Part shown: positions 18,028 through 27,084 of the stretch, in pieces
How the letters are laid out: each line of letters begins with the position of its first letter
Position numbering within the stretch: the first letter of the stretch is position 1
Assembly (NCBI GenBank): GCA_964343105.1
Contig: CAYFHV010000002.1
Coordinates: 1 to 40,418 of the forward strand
Origin: an uncultured Planctomycetia bacterium
Lineage (GTDB): Bacteria > Omnitrophota > Gorgyraeia > 1-14-0-20-64-10
Reading direction: 5' to 3'
Length of the DNA: 40,418 nt
The notes under the pieces: model-generated
Told to the model about the DNA's origin: nothing
The model's database searches: none
What the model saw: the letters and a program-made list of their open reading frames with translations, nothing else
Made by a program: the position numbers and the translations under genes

Positions 18028-18668
18028 GTCGATCGGCGGGCCTCCCAGGCGCGTCGGAGGGCTTCCTTAACTGCGGGGGCCTCCAGAGGCAGGTTGATCA
18101 GAAACTCCCGGTGGGATCGGTGCTTGCGGTAGGGCGGCTGCCGCGCGGGCACCGGGAGAAGCTTCTCGACGAGCGACAGGTCGAGGCCCAGGAGGAAGGT
18201 GCCGTGGAAGAGGAGGCACGACTTCCTGCGTCGCTGGGCGTTTCCGGAGAACTTCAGATTCCCGAGGGTCAGATCGGTTGCGCCTTGATGGAGGAGCGGC
18301 CCGGGAAGGAGAGGCTGGAGCGCCCTCCGGTGCTGTTCCAGCACGTAGGCGTTGGTGCCGGGGATGGTGCGCAGTGCAGGGTTCCGGTCGATCCGCAGGA
18401 CGAGTGAGAAATTCAGGCAGCCCGGTCCCTGGAGGACGGTGCCGCCGCCGCTCACCCGGCGCAGGACCGGGATCGAAAGCTTGCGGCAGCGGGCCAGGTT
18501 GACCTCCTCGCCGGCGTCAGTGGCGTAGCCGAGCACCACGAAGTGCTGTCGGGGCGCCCAGAAGCGGAGCACCTCGGGCGCGGGCTCCTTCTCGCAGAGG
18601 TCGAGGAGGAACTCGTCGAAGCGGAGATTCTCTTCCGGTTCGGGGAAGGTCAAGTCAAGGAGCTGCAT
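17883..18668 (-). CDS. lipoate-protein ligase / octanoyltransferase family protein (BPL_LplA_LipB domain)
   Basis: RRVSGGGTVLQGPGCLNFSLV and LKFSGNAQRR (catalytic Lys region). Start taken at ATG 18668 (MQLLDLTF), with ATG 18677 and the ORF-track start 18722 as alternatives. The last ~48 codons are antisense to the thiO-like 3' end. Confidence 0.72.
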   Translation of the reverse strand: MQLLDLTFPEPEENLRFDEFLLDLCEKEPAPEVLRFWAPRQHFVVLGYATDAGEEVNLARCRKLSIPVLRRVSGGGTVLQGPGCLNFSLVLRIDRNPALRTIPGTNAYVLEQHRRALQPLLPGPLLHQGATDLTLGNLKFSGNAQRRRKSCLLFHGTFLLGLDLSLVEKLLPVPARQPPYRKHRSHREFLINLPLEAPAVKEALRRAWEARRSTYFTTSLAAFATNRANLNGDRSMEQSPRVMSSAMSRPVNGASRMPLRK

Positions 18669-21291
18669 GGGATCCATTATAGAGGCAACAACGCTTAAGC
18701 TGAACACGCCGTATGTGAACACGATCCCCGCGGCCCAGGAGCCGCCCTATCCGGGCGACCGGGAGTTGGAGCGGCGGATCAAGAGCTACGTCCGCTGGAA
18801 CGCGATGGCCATGGTGGTCAAGGCCAACCGGATCCACGAGGGGCTCGGCGGCCACATCTCCACCTTCGCCTCATGCGCCACCCTCTACGAGGTCGGACTC
18901 AACCACTTCTTCCGGGGGCCGGCGGCTGCCGCTAGCGGAAGCCCCGCTTCGCGGGACATCTCTGGACAAAAGCTTCGAGGAAGCGGCACCACGCGCCTCG
19001 GCGCAGACGGCTCCCGCCCGGCCGACCTCGTCTACTTCCAGGGCCACGCCTCTCCCGGCAATTACGCCCGCGCCTATGTCGAGCGCCGCATCGATGCCAA
19101 GCAGCTCCACCATTTCCGGCAGGAGGTGGTGGAACCGGGGGAGGGGCTCTCCTCCTATCCGCATCCCTATCTCCTGCCGGATTTTTGGCAGTTCCCGACG
19201 GTCTGCATGGGGCTGGCGCCGATCCTCTCGATCTACCAGGCGCGGTTCATGCGGTACCTCAAGGCGCGGGGTCTGCTCAAGACCGAGGAGCCGAAGGTCT
19301 GGTGTTTTGTGGGCGACGGGGAGATGGACGAGCCGGAATCGATGGGGGCGCTGACCCTTCCCGTGCGCGAGGAGCTGGACAACCTCATCTGGGTGGTCAA
19401 CTGCAATCTCCAGCGGCTGGACGGCCCGGTGCGGGGCAACGGCAAGATCATCCAGGAGCTGGAGGCCCTTTTCCGGGGGGCCGGTTGGAACGTGATCAAG
19501 GTGATCTGGGGATCGAATTGGGATCCCCTTCTGGCGGCGGACCACGAGGGCCTCCTGGTGAAGAGGATGGAGGAGGCGGTGGACGGGGATTACCAGAAGT
19601 ACTCCGTCGAGCCGGGCAGCTATGCGCGCAAGCATTTCTTCGCGCGCCACCCCAAGCTGCTGGAGATGGTGAACCACCTCACCGACGAGCAGATCCACAA
19701 GCTGCTCCGCGGCGGGCACGACCCGCAGAAGGTGTACGCGGCGTACCGTGCGGCGGTGGAGCATCGCGGCTCCCCCACCGTGATCCTGGCGAAGACGGTG
19801 AAAGGCTACGGCCTGGGGGAGGCGGGTGAAGGGCGGAACATCACGCACCAGCAGAAGAAGCTGAATGAGAAGGAGCTCAGGGAGTTCCGGGCCCGCTTCA
19901 ACATCCCGATCAGCGACGAGGAGGTGGTGGAGACGCCGTTCTACCGCCCTCCGGTGGGCAGCACGGAGATGCAGTACCTGCAGGAGCGGCGCAAGGCGCT
20001 GGGCGGTTTCCTGCCGCAGCGCCAGGTGCGCGCGGCGCCTGCCGCGGTCCCGGAGGCGGGGGAGTACGCCGAGTTCCTGCAGGGATCCGGTCAGATGGAA
20101 ATCTCCTCCACCATGGCGTTCGTGCGGATCCTGAGCAAGCTGCTCCGGCACAAGGGAATCGGCCGGCAGATCGTCCCGATCATTCCGGACGAGGCGAGGA
20201 CCTTCGGGATGGATGCCCTTTTCCGGCAGATCGGCATCTACTCCCCGAAGGGACAGCTCTACGAGCCGGTGGATCGGGAGACCCTTCTCTTTTACCAGGA
20301 GGCGAAGGACGGCCAGCTTCTGGAGGAGGGGATTACCGAGGCCGGCGCGATGAGCTCCTTCATTGCGGCCGGCACCTCCTACGCCAATTACGGCATCCCG
20401 ATGCTTCCCTTCTTTATCTACTACGCCATGTTCGGATTCCAGAGGATCGGCGATCTCATGTGGGCGGCGGGGGACAGCCGCGCGAAGGGCTTCCTGCTCG
20501 GTGCGACGGCAGGGCGGACGACCTTGAACGGCGAAGGGCTCCAGCATCAGGACGGCCACAGCCATCTCCTGGCCAGCGCGATCCCGACGCTGCTCTCCTA
20601 CGATCCGGCCTTCGGGTACGAGATCGCGGTGATCATCCGGGACGGCATCGAGCGGATGCTGGTCAAGGGGGAGGAGCTTCTGTACTACCTCACCCTCTAC
20701 AACGAGAACATCTCCATGCCGGCCATGCCGGCCGGCGCGGAGGAAGGGATCCTCCGGGGCCTCTACCGGCTCCGGAAGGGGCCTGCCGGCAAGAAGCACC
20801 GGGCCCACCTCCTGGGCAGCGGGCCCCTGCTGTGCGAGGTGCTGCGGGCTCAGGAGATCCTGGCGGAGCGTTTCGGAGTCTCTGCCGATATCTGGAGCGC
20901 CACCAGCTACAAACTGCTCCGGACGGATGCACTGAACGCCCGGCGCTGGAACATGCTGCATCCGACGGCGCCGCCCCGGAAATCCTATCTGGAGAGGGCG
21001 CTCGAGGGACAACGGGGGGTCTTCGTGGCGGTCTCGGATTACATGAAGGTGGTGCCGGACCAGATCGCCCCGTGGGTGCCCGGGGGCCTCACCACGCTGG
21101 GTACCGATGGCTTTGGCCGCAGCGACACACGCCAGGTGCTGCGCCGCTTCTTCGAGGTGGATGCGGAGATGATCGCGCTGGCTGCCCTGTATGCCCTCTG
21201 CCAGAAGGGCTTTCTTGAACCGGCCGCAGTGGAGAAGGGAATCCGCGAGCTGGGGATCAATCCTGAAAAACCGTTCCCGGTGATCCTGTGA
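18667..21291 (+). CDS. aceE: pyruvate dehydrogenase E1 component, homodimeric (AceE) type
   Basis: 874 aa. YVNTIP..EPPYPGDRELERRIKSYVRWNA, LVYFQGHASPGNYARAY and GDGEMDEPES are AceE signatures. AAGGAG at 18657-18662 precedes ATG 18667. Confidence 0.93.
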   Translation: MGSIIEATTLKLNTPYVNTIPAAQEPPYPGDRELERRIKSYVRWNAMAMVVKANRIHEGLGGHISTFASCATLYEVGLNHFFRGPAAAASGSPASRDISGQKLRGSGTTRLGADGSRPADLVYFQGHASPGNYARAYVERRIDAKQLHHFRQEVVEPGEGLSSYPHPYLLPDFWQFPTVCMGLAPILSIYQARFMRYLKARGLLKTEEPKVWCFVGDGEMDEPESMGALTLPVREELDNLIWVVNCNLQRLDGPVRGNGKIIQELEALFRGAGWNVIKVIWGSNWDPLLAADHEGLLVKRMEEAVDGDYQKYSVEPGSYARKHFFARHPKLLEMVNHLTDEQIHKLLRGGHDPQKVYAAYRAAVEHRGSPTVILAKTVKGYGLGEAGEGRNITHQQKKLNEKELREFRARFNIPISDEEVVETPFYRPPVGSTEMQYLQERRKALGGFLPQRQVRAAPAAVPEAGEYAEFLQGSGQMEISSTMAFVRILSKLLRHKGIGRQIVPIIPDEARTFGMDALFRQIGIYSPKGQLYEPVDRETLLFYQEAKDGQLLEEGITEAGAMSSFIAAGTSYANYGIPMLPFFIYYAMFGFQRIGDLMWAAGDSRAKGFLLGATAGRTTLNGEGLQHQDGHSHLLASAIPTLLSYDPAFGYEIAVIIRDGIERMLVKGEELLYYLTLYNENISMPAMPAGAEEGILRGLYRLRKGPAGKKHRAHLLGSGPLLCEVLRAQEILAERFGVSADIWSATSYKLLRTDALNARRWNMLHPTAPPRKSYLERALEGQRGVFVAVSDYMKVVPDQIAPWVPGGLTTLGTDGFGRSDTRQVLRRFFEVDAEMIALAALYALCQKGFLEPAAVEKGIRELGINPEKPFPVIL
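18676..18681 (-). promoter_or_regulatory. candidate -10 box (TATAAT on - strand) positioned for a leaderless ligase transcript
   Basis: The + strand reads attata at 18676-18681. On the - strand that is TATAAT followed by 7 nt and then ATG 18668. Confidence 0.3.
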
Positions 21292-22532
21292 CGGTGGAGC
21301 TGCGGCTGCCGGCACTGGCCGAGGGAGCCGACTCCGGAACCGTGGTCAGCGTTCAGGTGACTCCGGGCAGCCGGATCGAGAAGGGGCAGACGATCCTCGA
21401 GCTGGAGAATCAGAAGGCGATCGCCCCCGTCCCCTCCACAGCGTCTGGCCAGGTGGTGAAGGTTCACGTCAAGCAGGGGGACCTGATCACAGTCGGCCAG
21501 GTACTGGTGACCGTGGAGGCGGAGGAGGGCGCGGGCGGGGTTGCGCCTCCCGCACACGGACCTGCGGCCCGCCTACCGTCCGCCGGCGCGCTAGGGGCCA
21601 GGCCGGCCGACCGCCCATACCGTTCGCCCGCCGGTGCTCCGCCCCCCATTTCACCGAGCTTGAGAAAGATGGCGCGTGAGCTGGGGATCGACCTGGCGAA
21701 GGTGCCGGGATCGGAGCGGGGCGGGCGAATCACGGCGGAGGACCTACGGGGGCACGTCGCGCGCCTGCAGCAGGCCGGCGAGCGCAAGAGCCCCTCCGGC
21801 CCGCCGGTGGATTTCTCCCGATGGGGGCCGATCCGCAGGGAGAAGTTCTCGTCGTTGAGGCAGTCGGTCGCCCGGGCCATGCAAGAGTCCTGGGAGTCCA
21901 TCCCCCACGTGACCCAGCTTGACGAAGCGGACGCGACCCCCATTTGGGGGATGATGCAGAAGCACGCCCCGGCGTTTCAAAAAGGGGGGGTGAAGCTGAC
22001 GCTGACGGTCTTCCTCCTGAGGGCCCTCGCGCAGGTGCTCAAGAAGCACCCCATCTTCAACTGCAGTCTCGACGAGAGCGCGGGGGAGCTCGTCCACAAG
22101 GAGTACGTGCACATCGGGATCGCGGTGGACACCGAGGCGGGCCTGATCGTGCCGGTCCTGCGGGACGTGGACAAGAAAGGGATGCGGCAGCTGGCGAAGG
22201 AGCTGGAGGAGCTCGCGGAGCGAACGCGGCAGCGGAAGGTGACGCTGGAGGAGCTGCACGGGGCCAGCTTCACCCTTTCCAACCAGGGCGGCATCGGAGG
22301 GACGCACTTTACCCCGATCATTCATAAACCCGAGGTGGCGGTCCTTGGGGTGGGACGCGCGGTCATCCGGCCGGTCTACGTTAAGGAAGGAAGCCCTCCC
22401 GAGCCTCGCCGGATCCTGCCGCTAGCGGTTTCCTACGACCACCGGGTGATTGACGGCGCGCAGGCCGCTCGCTTCATCCGGGACCTGGTTCAGGCGCTGG
22501 AGACCTTTCCCGAGCCGGAGCTCGAGCGGTGA
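21288..22532 (+). CDS. aceF: dihydrolipoamide acetyltransferase (E2) with a single lipoyl domain
   Basis: Lipoyl domain (ILELENQKAIAPVPS), E3-binding domain (SPSLRKMARELGIDL) and catalytic domain (SYDHRVIDGAQAARF). GTG overlaps the aceE stop (GTGA). Confidence 0.92.
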   Translation: MTVELRLPALAEGADSGTVVSVQVTPGSRIEKGQTILELENQKAIAPVPSTASGQVVKVHVKQGDLITVGQVLVTVEAEEGAGGVAPPAHGPAARLPSAGALGARPADRPYRSPAGAPPPISPSLRKMARELGIDLAKVPGSERGGRITAEDLRGHVARLQQAGERKSPSGPPVDFSRWGPIRREKFSSLRQSVARAMQESWESIPHVTQLDEADATPIWGMMQKHAPAFQKGGVKLTLTVFLLRALAQVLKKHPIFNCSLDESAGELVHKEYVHIGIAVDTEAGLIVPVLRDVDKKGMRQLAKELEELAERTRQRKVTLEELHGASFTLSNQGGIGGTHFTPIIHKPEVAVLGVGRAVIRPVYVKEGSPPEPRRILPLAVSYDHRVIDGAQAARFIRDLVQALETFPEPELER

Positions 22533-23956
22533 GTCCCGTCGAGCTGACCCAGGCGGAGCTGGTTGTGCTTGGAGCCGGGCCCGGCGGCTACACCGCCGCC
22601 TTTTACGCGGCGGACCGGGGAAAGAGAGTGATCCTGGTGGATCAGGAGAAGCGACTCGGAGGGATCTGCCTCAACGTCGGCTGTATTCCTTCCAAGGCGC
22701 TGCTGCATGCGACCGGCTTCGTGCGGCAGGCGGAGGATTCGAAGAATCGGGGCATCGCTTTTGGAACCGCCAAGGTAAGTTTGGGACAGCTGCGCGCCTG
22801 GAAGGACTCCGTGCTGGACCGACTGGGGAAAGGGATCCAGACCCTTGCGGAGAAGCGGGGCGTCGAGCTCCTGCGCGGCCGCGGCCATTTCGAGGATTCG
22901 CATACCCTGCGGGTGGAGACCGCCGGTGGCCAGAAGTTCATCCGGTACGAGACCGCCATCATCGCAGTGGGATCCCAGCCGGCCATGCCGGCGGCCTTTG
23001 ATCTGGGCAACAAGCGGGTGATGACATCGAACGAGGCGCTGGAGCTGGAGGAGATCCCGGAGAAACTGCTGGTGGTGGGAGGCGGCTACATCGGCATGGA
23101 GCTCGGCACGGTCTACGCCACCCTGGGAAGCAAGGTGGTTCTCGTGGAGGCGTTGGGGACGATCCTTGCCGGTGCCGACCCCGATCTCGTCCGGCCGGTG
23201 ATGGAATACGCCCGGCGGGCCTTTCAGGAGGTCCGGCTGAACGCCAAGGTTCAGAAGATGGCCACGAGCGGCAAGCAGATCAAGGTGACAATGGAGGCGG
23301 CGGGGAAGAAGCTGGAAGAGCTGTACGACCGGGTGCTCGTCTCGGTCGGGCGGATCCCCAGCTGCGACGACCTGGGTCTGGAGAATACGCGGGTCGGCCG
23401 GGACGACAAGGGCTTCATTCAGGTGAATGCCCAGCAACAGACGGCCGATCCGGCGATCTACGCCATCGGCGATGTGGTGGGCGGCGCCATGCTGGCCCAC
23501 AAGGCGTCGCGGGAGGCGCGCGTCGCGGTGGAGGCGATGACCGGCGAGCACAGCGCCTTCAAGGACGTGATCATCCCGGCCGTCGTCTTCACCGATCCGG
23601 AGGTGGCCTGGTGCGGCCTGACGGAGTCGGATGCGCGTGCGGGGAACATCCCCATTGAGATCGCCCGATTCCCGTGGGCGGCCTCCGGCCGTGCGCTTAC
23701 CATCGACCGGCCGGATGGTTTAACCAAGCTCATCCTGGAGCCCGAGACCGAGCGGATCCTCGGCGTCGGCATCGTGGGCCACGGGGCAGGGGACCTGATC
23801 AGCGAGGGAGTTCTCGCAGTGGAGATGGGTGCCACGGCCCGCGACCTTGCGGAGACCGTTCATCCACACCCCACCCTCTCCGAGACGCTCATGGAGTGCG
23901 CCGAATCGTTCTACGGCACTTCCGCCAGCGTCCTGGCCCGGAAAAGGACGAGCTAA
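22529..23956 (+). CDS. lpdA: dihydrolipoyl dehydrogenase (E3)
   Basis: GAGPGGYTAAF, redox-active GGICLNVGCIPSKALL, and the C-terminal HPHPTLSE interface motif. GTG overlaps the E2 stop. Confidence 0.93.
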   Translation: MSPVELTQAELVVLGAGPGGYTAAFYAADRGKRVILVDQEKRLGGICLNVGCIPSKALLHATGFVRQAEDSKNRGIAFGTAKVSLGQLRAWKDSVLDRLGKGIQTLAEKRGVELLRGRGHFEDSHTLRVETAGGQKFIRYETAIIAVGSQPAMPAAFDLGNKRVMTSNEALELEEIPEKLLVVGGGYIGMELGTVYATLGSKVVLVEALGTILAGADPDLVRPVMEYARRAFQEVRLNAKVQKMATSGKQIKVTMEAAGKKLEELYDRVLVSVGRIPSCDDLGLENTRVGRDDKGFIQVNAQQQTADPAIYAIGDVVGGAMLAHKASREARVAVEAMTGEHSAFKDVIIPAVVFTDPEVAWCGLTESDARAGNIPIEIARFPWAASGRALTIDRPDGLTKLILEPETERILGVGIVGHGAGDLISEGVLAVEMGATARDLAETVHPHPTLSETLMECAESFYGTSASVLARKRTS

Positions 23957-23965
23957 CCTTCCTCC

Positions 23966-24931
23966 ATGCGGCACGGCAAGATCGTTCTCGTGACCGGAGG
24001 GGCCGGTTTCATCGGCTCGCATCTCGTGGATGCTTTGGTCCGGCGGGGGGACCGGGTGCGCGTGCTCGACAATCTGCTCACCGGAAAACTGGAGAACCTC
24101 CGCGGTCTGCTCGACCGGATCGAGCTCATCCGCGCGGACATCCGGAATGAGGCGGCCCTGCGCAGGGCACTGCGCGGGGTACGGGTGGTCTACCACCAGG
24201 CGGCCCTGCGCTCGGTTCCCCAGTCCGTCAAGGATCCGGCCGGCTACCACGAGGTCAATGCCACGGGCACGCTCACCTTGCTCCGGCTGGCCGGGGAGGC
24301 CGGGGTCCGCCGTGTGGTGTACGCCTCCTCGAGTTCAGTGTACGGGGATTCAAACCAGCTTCCCCAAAGGGAGAATCAGCTTCCACGCCCGCAGTCTCCT
24401 TACGCCGCCTCCAAGCTGGCCGGTGAGATCTATGCAGGCATGTTCACCCAGCTGTACCGGCTGGAGACGGTGGGGCTGAGGTATTTCAACGTCTTCGGCC
24501 CCCGGCAATCCCTGCAGAACAGGTATGCGGTGGTGATCCCCCAATTCATCACCTGCCTGCTCCGGGGGACCCCCACTCCCATCGACGGAGATGGACGGCA
24601 GACGAGGGACTTCACGTACATTGACGACGTCGTCCGGGCAAATCTCCTGGCAGGCACGGCCCGGGGCGCGGCCGGGCAGGTCTTCAACGTGGCCGGCGGG
24701 GCAGGGCACTCGGTGCGGGAGCTTGCCCAGCGGCTGAATCGTGTGATGGGCTTGCGGATTGCGCCGACCTTCCGGTCCGCCAGATCGGGCGATATCCGAC
24801 ACAGCCACGCGGATCTCTCCCTGGTGCGGCGGATCCTCGGCTACCGCCCGCAAGTTTCCTTCGAGGCTGGCCTGCGCCAGACGATCGCCTGGTTCGACCA
24901 AAACCGCCAGCAGTGGGAGCAAAGCCGATGA
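23966..24931 (+). CDS. extended-SDR NAD-dependent sugar-nucleotide epimerase/dehydratase (UDP-hexose 4-epimerase-like)
   Basis: VTGGAGFIGSHL, SSSSVYG and the YAASK catalytic motif. 321 aa. Confidence 0.8.
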   Translation: MRHGKIVLVTGGAGFIGSHLVDALVRRGDRVRVLDNLLTGKLENLRGLLDRIELIRADIRNEAALRRALRGVRVVYHQAALRSVPQSVKDPAGYHEVNATGTLTLLRLAGEAGVRRVVYASSSSVYGDSNQLPQRENQLPRPQSPYAASKLAGEIYAGMFTQLYRLETVGLRYFNVFGPRQSLQNRYAVVIPQFITCLLRGTPTPIDGDGRQTRDFTYIDDVVRANLLAGTARGAAGQVFNVAGGAGHSVRELAQRLNRVMGLRIAPTFRSARSGDIRHSHADLSLVRRILGYRPQVSFEAGLRQTIAWFDQNRQQWEQSR

Positions 24932-24962
24932 AAAGGAGAGGGATCGGGCAATTTGATCCGCC

Positions 24963-25847
24963 ATGTCAACGCATCCGCATGACCTGCTAAGCGATCGGGC
25001 CGTTCGACCGCTGCTGATAGCGCTTTTTATCACCGTGGGGATCACGGTGCTGGAGATCGTGGTGGGTATTCTGTCGCACAGCTTGGCCCTCCTGGCGGAT
25101 GCGGGCCATATGGTTACAGATGCCGCCGCGCTGGTGATGTGTCTGGCTGCCTCCTGGATTGCCCGCCAGCCAGCGACCCACACCAAAACGTATGGTTTCT
25201 ACCGCACGGAGATTTTGGCGGCTTTCTTGAATGGCTTGACGCTCTGGTTGGTTGTCGTGTGGATCGTCACCGAAGCCGTCCATCGGTTGATTCGTCCTCC
25301 GGTTGTTCAAGCACCGATGATGTTGATGACGGCGATCATTGGTCTCGTCGCCAATCTTGGGTGCTCCTGGGTGTTGCAACGGTCGCAGAGCCAGAATCTT
25401 AATCTTCGAGGTGCCTATCTTCATGTCTTGGCCGATGCCTTAGGTTCAGTCGGTGTCATTGCCGCTGCAACAATTATCTGGACGACTGGCTGGCATCTGG
25501 CCGATCCCTTGGCCAGCCTCTTCGTTTGCCTCATCATTCTCTGGAGTTCGTGGAACCTGATCAGCCAATCGGTCAACATCTTGCTGGAAGGGGTGCCTGC
25601 CCATATCGATGTCACTGAAGTTGTGCGAGCCATACAGGGCATGACAGGGGTGCGATCGGTTCACGATGTACACATCTGGACGATTACCTCAGGGATGGAA
25701 GCGATGAGTGCGCATGTAGGAATCGAGAACCTAACCGATAGCCAAGATGTACTGGGCCGTCTCAACGCCCTTCTGTGCGAGCGGTTCCAGATCCACCACG
25801 CGACCATTCAGCTTGAAGGAGCTTCCCCAGATAGGTCCTTTAAATAA
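24963..25847 (+). CDS. czcD: cation diffusion facilitator family transporter (CzcD/ZitB-like)
   Basis: SHSLALLADAGHMVTDA and AYLHVLADALGSVGV metal-site motifs, six TM segments and a C-terminal cytoplasmic domain (VHDVHIWTITSG). Composition is already lower in G+C than the flanks. Confidence 0.88.
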   Translation: MSTHPHDLLSDRAVRPLLIALFITVGITVLEIVVGILSHSLALLADAGHMVTDAAALVMCLAASWIARQPATHTKTYGFYRTEILAAFLNGLTLWLVVVWIVTEAVHRLIRPPVVQAPMMLMTAIIGLVANLGCSWVLQRSQSQNLNLRGAYLHVLADALGSVGVIAAATIIWTTGWHLADPLASLFVCLIILWSSWNLISQSVNILLEGVPAHIDVTEVVRAIQGMTGVRSVHDVHIWTITSGMEAMSAHVGIENLTDSQDVLGRLNALLCERFQIHHATIQLEGASPDRSFK

Positions 25848-25852
25848 AGGTG

Positions 25853-25941
25853 ATGAAAAAACTCTTCGTTCGGACGTATGGGTGGCCGATGGGAGCACTA
25901 TTACACTACCTTGGCGGGGTTCCTCCGCCATCTGAATCGGG
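25853..25941 (+). repeat. R1 repeat, copy A (full length)
   Basis: Starts 6 nt after the CDF stop. The 5' module 25853-25887 matches copy B at 31/35 positions. The core 25880-25941 matches copy C at 58/62 positions (hand alignment). Contains the hairpin GGCGG-ggttcct-CCGCC. Confidence 0.85.
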
Positions 25942-26114
25942 GCGGGGGCCTGCCTTTTGTGCTTGGGCCTCTTTGTGGGACTCAAGCAGCGCCAGCCTGG
26001 CTGCGAACAGGTTGTGCTGATCAAGTGAGGGTATCGCCTATGAAGTGGCAGGCCAAATCCTGAGAGCCTCAACCACATTCTGGGGCAAATTTCTGGGGCT
26101 AGGTCGGAAAGTCA

Positions 26115-26786
26115 ATGTCATCTCATCCTGAGAAAGAAGGGATTGGAACCGCGCTCCATGCAATTGCGCATGGCCTTGTTCAGACGTGGAAAAAAGGACT
26201 TAGAGAAAAACAACTTGTTTCTTCCGAAATTACGGATATACAACTCGAATTCAACCTTATCTTCGCTGCACTTTGGATAGCGAGCGTCGCATATGAGATG
26301 ACCACTGAAGATAAAGCAACCTTTGAGCGAAACGCCAAGGCAATGTATGACGAATTTCTTAAGGCATTAAGACAAGCTGAATCAGAACAAATGGGGCGAA
26401 GCGGACCATCAACGTTTCCGAGCCTCGGCGATGTCTTACAAAACGAAGAAGAGATTTCCAGAATTTGTAAGGAAATTCAGGCGGACGTAGAACGCGGGAC
26501 GGGGAACCGCAAGAGCATCGATCAGACGCTCCAGACGGGTTTCTCTACGATATTAGAATATTTGTTTCCGATCAGAGGACCGCGCTATCAGAAAGCTTGG
26601 AAGGATGGTGCTGCCAAGCTTTACGGTCCGACGTTTGACGTGTCACTAGAGCTCTATCGGGACTTGACTGGGAATGATCCAAAGACTGTCGAAGCGCTCC
26701 CGGCAGTCCTCGGGCTGAACATAATGTTGGCAGCTTCTTTTCCAGCGATACAAAAGACCTTAGCCGAATTTGGATATCATCCATAG
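26115..26786 (+). CDS. hypothetical protein (223 aa, predicted all-helical, no recognisable motif)
   Basis: Longest ORF in an A/T-richer stretch, with no competing ORF. Flanked by R1 copies A and B. Weak SD. Confidence 0.5.
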   Translation: MSSHPEKEGIGTALHAIAHGLVQTWKKGLREKQLVSSEITDIQLEFNLIFAALWIASVAYEMTTEDKATFERNAKAMYDEFLKALRQAESEQMGRSGPSTFPSLGDVLQNEEEISRICKEIQADVERGTGNRKSIDQTLQTGFSTILEYLFPIRGPRYQKAWKDGAAKLYGPTFDVSLELYRDLTGNDPKTVEALPAVLGLNIMLAASFPAIQKTLAEFGYHP

Positions 26787-26788
26787 AT

Positions 26789-26823
26789 ATGAAAAAACTC
26801 TTCGTTCGAACGATGGGGTGGCC
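26789..26823 (+). repeat. R1 repeat, copy B (5' module only)
   Basis: atgaaaaaactcttcgttcgaacgatggggtggcc starts 3 nt after the preceding stop. Similarity to copy A ends right after ggtggcc. Confidence 0.8.
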
Positions 26824-27084
26824 GTACACGCCAGTTCTACAGGACTGCCCTACGGGAAGATTATTCGCCATTCGTGGAGTTTGCGCGCTGGCTGGCCCGA
26901 ACGGAACGTCTTACGAGAGAGATGGTTGAATCCAGAAAGTCACGGATTTACCCGGGCTGATGGGTGAGAACCGCCTCCTTGTCAGGTTGGGTATCTTTAG
27001 AGGTGCACCTAACAAAATTTGGCAAGGGCGAACGCCCCAGCCCTGCACATTCATTGGTTCGCGGGGGCATCCCTGAATGGTTTT

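Noticed and set aside
25913-25929. The R1 hairpin GGCGG-ggttcct-CCGCC read as a tRNA T-arm remnant. That would make R1 a tRNA 3'-end direct repeat marking island integration (att site).
   Set aside because: The loop does not fit the TTCRANY T-loop. No acceptor-stem/CCA context follows, no intact tRNA or integrase is nearby, and the copies are internal to the island rather than at its two borders.
25909-26037. A - strand open frame through R1-A, reading AIPSLDQHNLFAARLALLESHKEAQAQKAGPRPDSDGGGTPPR-stop. It looks like the C-terminal tail of a decayed gene. Short + strand ORFs at 25878..26063 and 26770..26967 were also considered.
   Set aside because: There is no start codon or SD, the frames are only about 40-65 codons long, and several frames are equally open. 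I cannot distinguish these from chance without a homology search. They are treated as part of the repeat/fragment region rather than as genes.
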